In this document: piece by piece, positions 1-7,609 of the stretch | Layout: each line of letters begins with the position of its first letter | How positions within the stretch are numbered: the first letter of the stretch is position 1 | Source of the DNA: an uncultured Bifidobacteriaceae bacterium | Lineage (GTDB): Bacteria > Bacteroidota > Bacteroidia > Chitinophagales > UBA10324 | Length of the DNA stretch: 64,000 bases | Direction of reading: 5' to 3' | NCBI GenBank assembly: GCA_964424455.1 | Contig: CAYRJA010000005.1 | Coordinates: 3,344-67,343, forward strand | Notes under the pieces: generated by a model | What the model saw: the letters and a program-made list of their open reading frames with translations, nothing else | What the model was told of the DNA's origin: nothing | Database searches by the model: none | Position numbers and translations under genes: made by a program

Positions 1-122
1 GCGTTAGTTGCCGCCGCTTCCGGCTTGTTATCAGGATGTTTTTCCTTCCACAACCATAAGCACGCGATAATAACTAATAGAATAATCACGATGTAAGTGA
101 TTGTTTTTGTTGTCTTGTTCAT
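1..122 (-). CDS. small membrane protein, partial (C-terminus outside the window)
   Basis: The minus-strand ATG (cat at 120-122) opens MNKTTKTITYIVIILLVIIACLWLWKEKHPDNKPEAAATNA, with one hydrophobic helix. It reads off the window edge, so it is absent from the ORF track. Confidence 0.35.
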   Translation of the reverse strand, partial: MNKTTKTITYIVIILLVIIACLWLWKEKHPDNKPEAAATN

Positions 123-131
123 GTGTGAGTT

Positions 132-326
132 TTAAGAAAAAGTCATAGCTCCGCTAGGGATTGTGCCATTGCTGTAATCAATAGAAATTTGTGTGCCTGA
201 TCGCTCAGCTTTATCGGCATTATCATTATTATCTTTGGTCAGTTGCTTTTTTTGTGCAACTAAAGCGATAATGATAATCACCGCTATGGCTCCAAGTGTC
301 CATCCCATCCAAGGTTTCCATTTCAT
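132..326 (-). CDS. small single-helix membrane protein
   Basis: 64 aa with helix WTLGAIAVIIIIALVA. It belongs to a co-directional, tightly packed run of small genes. Confidence 0.5.
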   Translation of the reverse strand: MKWKPWMGWTLGAIAVIIIIALVAQKKQLTKDNNDNADKAERSGTQISIDYSNGTIPSGAMTFS

Positions 327-352
327 AGTATTGAATTTTAAAGTTTAAAAAA

Positions 353-625
353 TTATTGACCGGGTTGTGCTGTGAAAAGACTGTTTTCAGGATCAGCGCC
401 TAATTTACCTGCGTTCAGGTTGTTAGGGTCGGCGCTAATCGGTTTATCCTGCCCTGTTACAGCTTTATGATTCAGCCGGGTAACATGTGCCTCCAGTACT
501 AACCGACCTTTATCAATTTTCAGGCGTTGAAAATCCATATACGCTTTCAATGTCAGGTGAAATACGATAAGGATTAACACCATCATAATCATCACATGCA
601 AAAATTTATTTTGGTAGAAGCTCAT
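353..625 (-). CDS. small single-helix membrane protein
   Basis: 90 aa with N-terminal helix FLHVMIMMVLILIVFHL. Same strand and tight packing as its neighbours. Confidence 0.5.
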   Translation of the reverse strand: MSFYQNKFLHVMIMMVLILIVFHLTLKAYMDFQRLKIDKGRLVLEAHVTRLNHKAVTGQDKPISADPNNLNAGKLGADPENSLFTAQPGQ

Positions 626-666
626 AGCTATTTGAAGTTTATTTATTTAAAAAATCACTTTGTGTT

Positions 667-1137
667 TTAGAATTGATATTTAATTTGTTTAGAAGCGTAA
701 TCGGCATTAACATCACTGCGCTGATCGTAGCTCAGGTTTCCGGTTACAAACTGAGGCAGCGATTGTGATGAGCCGGTTGGCAGACCGAAAAAATATTCCT
801 GCCGTGTACCAAAAGCGGCAATCAGTTGTGTAACATCTGCATCGTTTTTCATTTTCTTGAGTGTTTCCACTGCAGCCGGTTTGTCATCGGAAACGGCGGA
901 ATAGCGCAATGCTTCGTAAATGCTATCGGCATAACCGTTATAAGCGAATTTATCGTAGCTTAATAATGCTTCCTGATGTTTCGCTTTTTTTATGGCTTCG
1001 TCCGCAGTTTCTTCGGCGGCTTTTTCCTCCTTGCTTTTACGAAAAAATTTCAGATAAATAATTAAAGCAATCAGCAGCACGGCTATAATTAACCATGTTG
1101 TTTTGTTGCTTATTATTTTTTGAAATTGTTCGTTCAT
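667..1137 (-). CDS. membrane-anchored hypothetical protein
   Basis: 156 aa with helix TWLIIAVLLIALIIYL followed by a soluble domain. It starts 1 nt after the stop of the upstream gene. Confidence 0.6.
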   Translation of the reverse strand: MNEQFQKIISNKTTWLIIAVLLIALIIYLKFFRKSKEEKAAEETADEAIKKAKHQEALLSYDKFAYNGYADSIYEALRYSAVSDDKPAAVETLKKMKNDADVTQLIAAFGTRQEYFFGLPTGSSQSLPQFVTGNLSYDQRSDVNADYASKQIKYQF

Positions 1138-1138
1138 T

Positions 1139-1528
1139 TTAAGAAGCGGTTAAGGCGCTGTACGATTTTTTAGCTCTATAGTCGTTGTAAATTTTCCAGA
1201 GTTCCTCATGCTTGGCGTTATCAATAGGATCAGTGCCATTTATCTTTAGAACGGATATCGACGAATCTAATACAGCCATGAAGGAGCCGCTCTTGCTACC
1301 TTTATAAACATCGGCTACTTTTTGATCTTTATATCGGGCTAAAACAGTCTCATAGAACCAGGTACCAAGGTTAGGAGCCGCGCTGTCTAACGCCTTGTAA
1401 GTGTCGGCGTCATCAGTGTTAATGGCAGGAGCGGGCACTTTGTCGCGGAAAAGAAAGTACCAAACAGCCAGTCCAATAAGGAGAGCAGCAAGAATGTAGA
1501 GCGGTAAATAGTCTTTCAGATTTTTCAT
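1139..1528 (-). CDS. membrane-anchored hypothetical protein
   Basis: 129 aa with helix LPLYILAALLIGLAVWYFLF. It abuts the next gene. Confidence 0.6.
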   Translation of the reverse strand: MKNLKDYLPLYILAALLIGLAVWYFLFRDKVPAPAINTDDADTYKALDSAAPNLGTWFYETVLARYKDQKVADVYKGSKSGSFMAVLDSSISVLKINGTDPIDNAKHEELWKIYNDYRAKKSYSALTAS

Positions 1529-1540
1529 AATGTATTATTT

Positions 1541-1783
1541 TTATTTTGATTTAAAAACGAGCAAGAGAATAACTATCATAAACACAAGCAGGAATACTCC
1601 TCCGTAGAGTGCAGTGTTGTCCGGCTTATCATCAAATAATCCGGGCGGCACTTGCGCCGGTGTTACCGGTGCGCCTTTTAAAAGTTCTAATACACTTGTT
1701 ATAATTCCCATGCCTGTTGAATTGGTTGAGCCGGATGAATCAGTTTCGGGTAAAAAAGCAGTTGCTTCTCTATTATTAGCCAT
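1541..1783 (-). CDS. small membrane protein (C-terminal helix)
   Basis: 80 aa with C-terminal helix LYGGVFLLVFMIVILLLVF. There is a 1-nt gap to the upstream gene. Confidence 0.55.
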   Translation of the reverse strand: MANNREATAFLPETDSSGSTNSTGMGIITSVLELLKGAPVTPAQVPPGLFDDKPDNTALYGGVFLLVFMIVILLLVFKSK

Positions 1784-1784
1784 G

Positions 1785-2006
1785 TCATCCGGTTTTCTTT
1801 TTACTTAAAAAAAATAATCCTGCTAAAAACATAAGCACTGCCAACACGATAATCACATAGAGGAGCGTATGATCTTGCGGTTTAGCTTGCTCGTTATTCA
1901 TTTTGTTAATGGCATCAGCAATAGCTTGGTTGTAGTTGGCAGTGGCGTTTTTCATTTTCGCTCCGCCAAACACTAACAGCTCTAAATCATCTACAAACTT
2001 GCTCAT
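1785..2006 (-). CDS. small membrane protein (C-terminal helix)
   Basis: 73 aa with helix LLYVIIVLAVLMFLAGLFFL. A 4-nt ATGA-type overlap links it to the upstream gene. Confidence 0.55.
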   Translation of the reverse strand: MSKFVDDLELLVFGGAKMKNATANYNQAIADAINKMNNEQAKPQDHTLLYVIIVLAVLMFLAGLFFLSKKKTG

Positions 2007-2239
2007 GATGCGGTGGCGTTTTTTCTGAGGGAATAAGGAATTAATTCGAAGAAGAAAGGATTTTCATCTCGGGCTAACTGTAACATATAGTCTTGCACTT
2101 CTCCTTCACTCATAGCAGGCCAATCCACGCCGTTTTTGGTAAGCACTTCTAAGACAAAGCCACGATGATTGTGAAGAAGTTCGACAATTAACGCTCTTAA
2201 AAAATCTTCGTATGTATTAAATTGATTGCGCGGTTCCAT
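2003..2239 (-). CDS. small soluble hypothetical protein
   Basis: 78 aa with no hydrophobic helix. It overlaps the downstream gene by 4 nt. Confidence 0.55.
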   Translation of the reverse strand: MEPRNQFNTYEDFLRALIVELLHNHRGFVLEVLTKNGVDWPAMSEGEVQDYMLQLARDENPFFFELIPYSLRKNATAS

Positions 2240-2271
2240 CCTTTATTTAGTTTTTTGTTAAGGAGCAAGTT

Positions 2272-2298
2272 CTGTGAGGCAGCCAAACTGCCTCACAG
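2272..2298 (-). terminator. strong hairpin downstream of the 212-aa ORF
   Basis: Perfect 11-bp stem ctgtgaggcag / ctgcctcacag with loop ccaaa, 42 nt after the stop at 2340. No clear U-tract follows on the minus strand, so it may act as a stabiliser or attenuator rather than a classic terminator. Confidence 0.4.
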
Positions 2299-2339
2299 AT
2301 GCTTATTCCAGTAAAACACCAAACCGAAATTTATTTCGA

Positions 2340-2978
2340 TTAAGGAAGCATCTTCCTATATCCTAAAGTGATGTCGAGTACAGCAGTTGTAACATTACCA
2401 ATAGGCAATGAAGCGGTAAGCGCCGATTCAGCCCGGAACCACTTATTGACCATTACCCAGTTGGCAATAGTAAAATCAGTATCCGTTCTTTTTGGTATCA
2501 CCGTGTTAGGGAAACTGAAGTAGGACCCGCTTGAGTTTTGGTCGGCGACAACGAATTTCAACTTCACGGCGTTCAATGTTGCTTGGCTGTCTGCCTGCAT
2601 TTTCACCGTGGTGAGGAAAAACTTGTTTTCCGCTGTCATATTTTTGATAACGGTGTTGGTATTTGAGCCAAAGTCACCGTCCCAGGTGAGCGTACCGTTA
2701 GTAATGTTATTGGTACCGGCAGCATCACCGATATAAAACACCTGTGCTGTACTCTGAGTGTTGGAGACACGCACCCAGATATAACGCTCTTCGCTCCATG
2801 CTTTGCCAGCAGGTAGGGCGGGTAGGTTTACCGGCGAAACAGGCGAATCCTGCGCACCATTTACATCCCGAAAAGAACCACCGCCTCTGTTGTTAATGGG
2901 CGAAGTGTTTATTGTAAAGAACGCCTTAGTTCGTGCGTTCCCATTCATTTCGCGGGTCAAAAAAGAATATTTTTTCAT
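2340..2978 (-). CDS. beta-rich hypothetical protein (candidate structural/capsid protein)
   Basis: 212 aa with no TM helix, rich in T/N/S/V/G and with alternating beta-like patterns. It is the largest ORF heading the small-membrane-protein run, and hairpins lie on both sides. Confidence 0.6.
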   Translation of the reverse strand: MKKYSFLTREMNGNARTKAFFTINTSPINNRGGGSFRDVNGAQDSPVSPVNLPALPAGKAWSEERYIWVRVSNTQSTAQVFYIGDAAGTNNITNGTLTWDGDFGSNTNTVIKNMTAENKFFLTTVKMQADSQATLNAVKLKFVVADQNSSGSYFSFPNTVIPKRTDTDFTIANWVMVNKWFRAESALTASLPIGNVTTAVLDITLGYRKMLP

Positions 2979-3039
2979 ACTTGAAAAAGTTTGGTTTAAT
3001 GAATTTTAGTGAATTCTGAAAACCAAAATTGAGCATGAT

Positions 3040-3086
3040 TGAAAAACCGTACTTCGTTCAACCCCGATGGCGCTTGATGAACGAAG
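3040..3086 (-). terminator. putative rho-independent terminator after the HTH/SET gene pair
   Basis: 9-bp stem cttcgttca / tgaacgaag (3052-3060 / 3078-3086). On the minus strand it is followed by GTACGGTTTTTC. The loop is long at 17 nt. Confidence 0.35.
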
Positions 3087-3180
3087 AACTTTTCAGTTTA
3101 AACATGAATTTTCGATTTGAATAATCGAAGGTCATTTTATTAAACGATTCGGCGACAGGAGCCGAGGCGGTTCGCCTTTA

Positions 3181-3510
3181 TCACCAGAATTTAATTAAGC
3201 GGATCAAACTATCGTCGCAGGGAAACAACTGTAACAAGTGGCAATAATCGCCAAGGATTTCATCGCCAGGGTGAATATGATGGATGGCATACATGGCTAT
3301 GCCGCCGTTTTCTTTTTTTAAGTAAATATTCGGGCGGTTAAAATGATTGACATTGCTGCCTATCGCCGTTTCAGTGTAACACTGCGCGAATTTTTTTTCC
3401 ATAGATTTTTTCCGGGTAAAGGCATACCCGATAAAATCGTTAGCTTGAATTTCACAATCCGTAAACAATCCGTTGCCATGAAGGGGAGAAGGGGCTACAA
3501 ATAGGGACAT
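3181..3510 (-). CDS. minimal SET-domain protein (putative protein-lysine methyltransferase)
   Basis: 109 aa carrying SET hallmarks: HGNGLFT (GxG region), NHFNRPN (NHxxxPN) and GDEILGDY (ELxxDY-like). Confidence 0.75.
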   Translation of the reverse strand: MSLFVAPSPLHGNGLFTDCEIQANDFIGYAFTRKKSMEKKFAQCYTETAIGSNVNHFNRPNIYLKKENGGIAMYAIHHIHPGDEILGDYCHLLQLFPCDDSLIRLIKFW

Positions 3511-3749
3511 TATTCGTCAACATCTATTTCGGGGTGACCTAACCCTGATTCGTTATTAAAAATTAGCCGCACAAATCGAGGATAAATTCGATTTCTTTTT
3601 TTCCAATAGGAGACCGACATGCCTTTAATCCGAAGAAGTGCGATTTCTTTTCCGAGTGTGGCTACCGATACTTCATACAGGCGCGCCAATTCAATCTTAG
3701 TGTAAGTCTTAATTGGCGCCGGCTCTTTGCGAGCGTATTTATCCGACAT
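3510..3749 (-). CDS. small helix-turn-helix DNA-binding protein (DUF4248-like by recollection)
   Basis: 79 aa with HTH-like YTKIELARLYEVSVATLGKEI. Its stop overlaps the SET gene start by 1 nt (TAATG). Confidence 0.55.
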   Translation of the reverse strand: MSDKYARKEPAPIKTYTKIELARLYEVSVATLGKEIALLRIKGMSVSYWKKRNRIYPRFVRLIFNNESGLGHPEIDVDE

Positions 3750-3842
3750 ATTGGCTGATTAGATAGGCAAAAATAAACTTAATTTGCAACAATAGACGAA
3801 TCGGCTACCTTTGTTTGTATTAATCAACAAAAAACGATTACC

Positions 3843-4166
3843 ATGTTTGGATTAGATATTTCAAAATTAGCGGGAAAAATGATTACCCCCGATGTAATCA
3901 AAGGACTATTATTGACTACCATTGAACCACAGTTGCAACAAAATGAAATGTACTCGCTGCTAATGAGCAGCGACAGGAAGCGAGTGATTCTTTTCAAGTG
4001 CGTTTTCGCGTTGTCAGACGATGGGAAAATGGCAATAACCCACTCAACAGAAGTGGACATAGATCAACTAATAGCCAAAATAAAAGAGAGCATCATCGGC
4101 AAATCATCGATGAGCGAAGCCGACAAGAAAGAGTTAGACGAATTTCAAAAAAAGTTTGAGCAATGA
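3843..4166 (+). CDS. hypothetical protein
   Basis: 107 aa, divergent from the HTH gene. A 4-nt overlap links it to the next gene. Confidence 0.55.
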   Translation: MFGLDISKLAGKMITPDVIKGLLLTTIEPQLQQNEMYSLLMSSDRKRVILFKCVFALSDDGKMAITHSTEVDIDQLIAKIKESIIGKSSMSEADKKELDEFQKKFEQ

Positions 4167-5089
4167 AAAAAATTTTATACGAAACAGCAGAGCCATCCGC
4201 ACCTGCTACGCCCATCGCTTCTGCGCCGGCTGCGCCTTCTGTGCCACTCGATGTTCCCGATCATGCTCCAGCTGCTACATCAGCGCCATCAGCGCCATCA
4301 ACACCACCGGAAAAATCTGTGCTTAGCATTATTGAGGCGCTCAACAAACCGACAGCATCGGAAGTAACGCCGCCATCCGTTTCAGCTACCGGAACGGAAA
4401 AAATAAAGCAGGAAATTATTCAGGAAGCGGCTTCTGATTCCGGCGCGACTGCTCCCGGAGCGTCTGTTACACCAAAGCCATTGACTGCAGCAGATATTGC
4501 GCTGAATAAGATGTTCGCCCGCTCCATGGTGGAAGGAGCGGACGAACTTAACAGTTTCGGCTGCAAAGAAGTCAGCGGCGAGGAGAAGAAGGAAATATTT
4601 CAGGCAGCCGACAAAAACAAGGATGAACTGGCACAGTTCATTGTTTTGATAATGGAGAAAAACGGCGGCAAGGTACCGATATGGCTTTACGGTATATGGC
4701 TGGCAGGCAAAACTTTCGGTCCACCTTGGATATTAGTCGTGAAGCTTCGCGGCAAAAACAAGCTGATAAAAAAGCTGACTCAAGAAGCCGAAGCAGCCAA
4801 GAATAACACTTCTGATGAGTTGCGTAAAAAAGAGGAGGAGATAGCGCGGCTGAAAACGGATTTGGAGGCGACACAAAAAGCGAATGTGGAAGTAAAAACG
4901 GATTTAATTCCTGGCGATGAAAAGAAAAAGCATATTGAAAAAATTGCTGCGGAATTAGATAACGCGGAAATTCCATTGCTGCCCGGTCAAAAGCAAAAGG
5001 ACGGGACGATTTATGCGCCTTACGGGCTTAAACCGGACGGCACTGTTAAGCGAAGCAATGGCGGTAGAAAACCAAAATCAAATTCTTAA
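4163..5089 (+). CDS. hypothetical protein with Pro/Ala-rich N-terminus, hydrophobic segment and coiled-coil/basic C-terminus
   Basis: 308 aa with APSAPATPIASAPAAPSVP-type low complexity, a hydrophobic PIWLYGIWLAGKTFGPPWILVV segment and a charged heptad-like tail. Confidence 0.6.
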   Translation: MKKILYETAEPSAPATPIASAPAAPSVPLDVPDHAPAATSAPSAPSTPPEKSVLSIIEALNKPTASEVTPPSVSATGTEKIKQEIIQEAASDSGATAPGASVTPKPLTAADIALNKMFARSMVEGADELNSFGCKEVSGEEKKEIFQAADKNKDELAQFIVLIMEKNGGKVPIWLYGIWLAGKTFGPPWILVVKLRGKNKLIKKLTQEAEAAKNNTSDELRKKEEEIARLKTDLEATQKANVEVKTDLIPGDEKKKHIEKIAAELDNAEIPLLPGQKQKDGTIYAPYGLKPDGTVKRSNGGRKPKSNS

Positions 5090-5208
5090 TTGATTTCTTA
5101 TAAATCAATTTATTAATAGGAAAATGATTTTTCCACTCAAAAACCCACAGGGAAGGGGGGTATAAATCCAATAAATTGATTTTTATAATTGAATAATAAA
5201 ATGAATTT

Positions 5209-5844
5209 ATGAATGAGATAGAGCGGGAAGATTTCTTTAACAAATGCTACATAGTAGCTGGCACCAATAACACTGGAAAAACCAGAACTGTCATCAGTAT
5301 CATTGAACAATTGACCACGTTACGAACATTAGTATTAGACCCGGGCGAAGTAAAAAAATGGAATTCCTATCCGACCTTAGATTTAAAAAACATATCCACT
5401 TTTACAGCAATCAAAAAATGGAGACCCGACACCGATCTATCAAAATCTCTCCGAGAAAAAGGCGGCAAGATGTTACAGTTTGTCATCAATCATTACCAAA
5501 CCGGCGTACTTGTAGTGGATGATGCCCGCATGATAGTTGACGCAGGGCTATCGGACGCTATGGTGCAATTAACCGTAAAACGAAAGAATAACGAGTTGAT
5601 TACCTTCCTGATATTCCATTCTCTCGGACAGGTGCCACCACGTGTTTACGATCACAGCACCCATATCATGCTTTTCCAAACAAGCGACAACAAAAGTAAG
5701 TGGTGGGATAAAGTACCCGGCGACCAGAAGATATATGAACAGTGGATAAACCGCGTGAACGAGCGCGCCTCCGCTACGCCCGGTTATTTTGAGATATTAG
5801 AACTGCAGGATTTTTACAAGTGGAAAAAAATAGGATTGCAGTAA
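5209..5844 (+). CDS. small P-loop NTPase
   Basis: 211 aa with Walker A AGTNNTGKT and Walker B VLVVDDA. Confidence 0.7.
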   Translation: MNEIEREDFFNKCYIVAGTNNTGKTRTVISIIEQLTTLRTLVLDPGEVKKWNSYPTLDLKNISTFTAIKKWRPDTDLSKSLREKGGKMLQFVINHYQTGVLVVDDARMIVDAGLSDAMVQLTVKRKNNELITFLIFHSLGQVPPRVYDHSTHIMLFQTSDNKSKWWDKVPGDQKIYEQWINRVNERASATPGYFEILELQDFYKWKKIGLQ

Positions 5845-5870
5845 TCATCTTTTTTAAAAGCAAGGCAAAA

Positions 5871-5916
5871 CATCCCCAATCCCTCTCTATGCAGCTAAGA
5901 GGGTTGGGGATGTTTT
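5871..5916 (+). terminator. rho-independent terminator
   Basis: Stem catccccaatccctct / agagggttggggatg followed by tttt, 27 nt after the ATPase stop. Confidence 0.65.
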
Positions 5917-6028
5917 AGAGCCGTGTATTTTGCGTTAGGGATTGCAGCGGAAATCCTTTTTTGTTTTTCACAAAAAAGATTGAAGCGGAAAGCCCGACGG
6001 CATTGTGCCAACAGAGCCGCAGCAGGAT

Positions 6029-6176
6029 AAAATCAATTTTTCTTTTTTCGGAATTTGGCGCAAAAAAAACAAAATGAATGCTGCGCCGCATGAAGGCGAC
6101 CATGCGAAGCGGGAAAGCGAAATAAGGAGCAGGATTCATCCGACAATCAATTTCCGAAAAAAGAAAAATTGATTTT
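6029..6176. repeat. perfect 25-bp inverted repeat flanking a 98-bp spacer
   Basis: aaaatcaatttttcttttttcggaa (6029-6053) is the exact reverse complement of ttccgaaaaaagaaaaattgatttt (6152-6176), checked base by base. Confidence 0.85.
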
Positions 6177-6217
6177 TATGGAAGGGAGCGGCACGGTTGG
6201 CGCTATGCCGGAACGCC

Positions 6218-6736
6218 CTATGATAAACGGATTTGTTCTAAGTATTCCATCGTAATTTTATGTTTACTCCACACGCGCTTTTTAATTTTTGCAAGTGAAA
6301 TGACATCTTCTTCATTATAGCGCAAGACGATTTTCCTCTTTATCGGGTCTCGCCAGTCGTGGAATACTTCAAAAATGCTTTGTTTATATTTTATAGTATC
6401 GCGCTTATAGCCGAATTTTTCTTCAAAATCGCACAACTTGTAACGGCTTTCATTGGGATATAAATCTTTGAAGACTTTCAGCAGATTTATACAGAGGTAT
6501 TTCTGGCGTATATTAAGATTGAATTCTTTCTCTAACATTCCTATATCAGGTCCATAAAAGAAAAGGCAGCCGTAGCGAGCAGGGCGCAATAACTGTAACA
6601 CTTTTTTTCGTGAAATCATTTTGCCGTAATACTGACCACTGATAATTGGCTTTCGGAAATGATGGTCTGCATACGCGTATCCGATCAGAAATATTTTCTG
6701 ACTGATATACCATTCTGCATCAAGGTATAAATCCAT
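6218..6736 (-). CDS. RNase H-fold (YprB/PolB-exonuclease-like) domain protein
   Basis: 172 aa. The N-terminal LYLDAEW, then YGPDIGML and YNEEDV, give a DEDD-like acidic pattern. The family assignment is from recollection only. Confidence 0.55.
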   Translation of the reverse strand: MDLYLDAEWYISQKIFLIGYAYADHHFRKPIISGQYYGKMISRKKVLQLLRPARYGCLFFYGPDIGMLEKEFNLNIRQKYLCINLLKVFKDLYPNESRYKLCDFEEKFGYKRDTIKYKQSIFEVFHDWRDPIKRKIVLRYNEEDVISLAKIKKRVWSKHKITMEYLEQIRLS

Positions 6737-6751
6737 GCCGAAAGGTATCAG

Positions 6752-7168
6752 CTACCGGAGTAGCTGACATAGAAGAGAACGGCAAAGATTTTCGCGGCGT
6801 TTTAGCTCTGCGCTAATTTTCTGATGTATATGGGTGAAGTTTTCCATGCGCTCAATGGCAAAAGAGAAATGTTCGTAGCGTTGCCTGGCTTTGACTTCGC
6901 CGAGTTCAATGGTTTGAATTAGTTCGTATTTTCGAATGAACGGAATAACAGAACCGATTAAATCACGCTCGAATATTTTCGCTTTCCAAAGTCCGAAACA
7001 AAGCCAGAAGTAAAATTCGAGTTCTTCATAGCTGTCCGTCGCAAAGACAAAGCAGTTGGCGTTGGGAGAGTGTGCAGGGCGACCTGCGTTTTTCCCTTTG
7101 TTTAGGATAAAAAAATGATGTTGCGGCAGCGTATTTGCCGGGTTGTAGGTGCTGATTTTTTTGTGCAT
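6752..7168 (-). CDS. hypothetical protein (weak resemblance to a single restriction-modification specificity/TRD half-domain)
   Basis: 138 aa, 15 nt upstream of the exonuclease-like gene. The pattern FFILNKGKNAGRP...CFVF...LEFYFWL...GSVIPFI resembles Methylase_S-type TRDs, but this is not verified. Confidence 0.45.
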   Translation of the reverse strand: MHKKISTYNPANTLPQHHFFILNKGKNAGRPAHSPNANCFVFATDSYEELEFYFWLCFGLWKAKIFERDLIGSVIPFIRKYELIQTIELGEVKARQRYEHFSFAIERMENFTHIHQKISAELKRRENLCRSLLCQLLR

Positions 7169-7609
7169 AACAGAAAAGTTTTTATCACTTTTCCATCATG
7201 CGCAGGGGTATCTGTCAAGGGTGCTGTTGCCCCATCACGAGATAAAACAGCACTTGTCTTGCCCTTGACTGATACATCAGAAGGGCATAATTTTGTGATA
7301 AAAATTTACTGTTATAGCAAGGGTTAATCAGCACAGGAAACAGAGCTGTAATGCAGGCGCAGATACTCTTTCAGCAACATATCAAGCGGCAAGAATGTTT
7401 AAAAACTCGCTCAGGTTTGATAGTTCGAAAATGGAAGTGTCGGGGGTACATAGCAAGAATCAGTAACAAGAACAACCTTGCTTCAATAATTATACTGGAG
7501 TAAAAGAGCAGAAGATAAAGATTGGTTCCTGCTATATAGTTGTTAAATTCTACAGTCTGTCAGAAGTTGTAATTTTCTACTGAGCTATCTGTTAATCTCT
7601 CATAGTTCT

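Noticed and set aside
5915-6139. A 74-aa minus-strand ORF in the gap between the ATPase and the exonuclease-like gene.
   Set aside because: It spans the inverted-repeat arm and iteron motifs, has an odd composition, and has no start context. It is better explained as non-coding (see the IR/iteron finding).
7210-7273. An imperfect hairpin (gtcaaggg/cccttgac plus gtgctgtt/aacagcac with an 8-nt bulge) in the 440-nt non-coding gap 7169-7609, together with the 70-aa ORF at 7115-7327.
   Set aside because: The stem is interrupted and there is no U-tract. It lies upstream of one gene and 340 nt downstream of the other, so no clear role emerges. The ORF overlaps the 6752-7168 gene start and has no supporting features.
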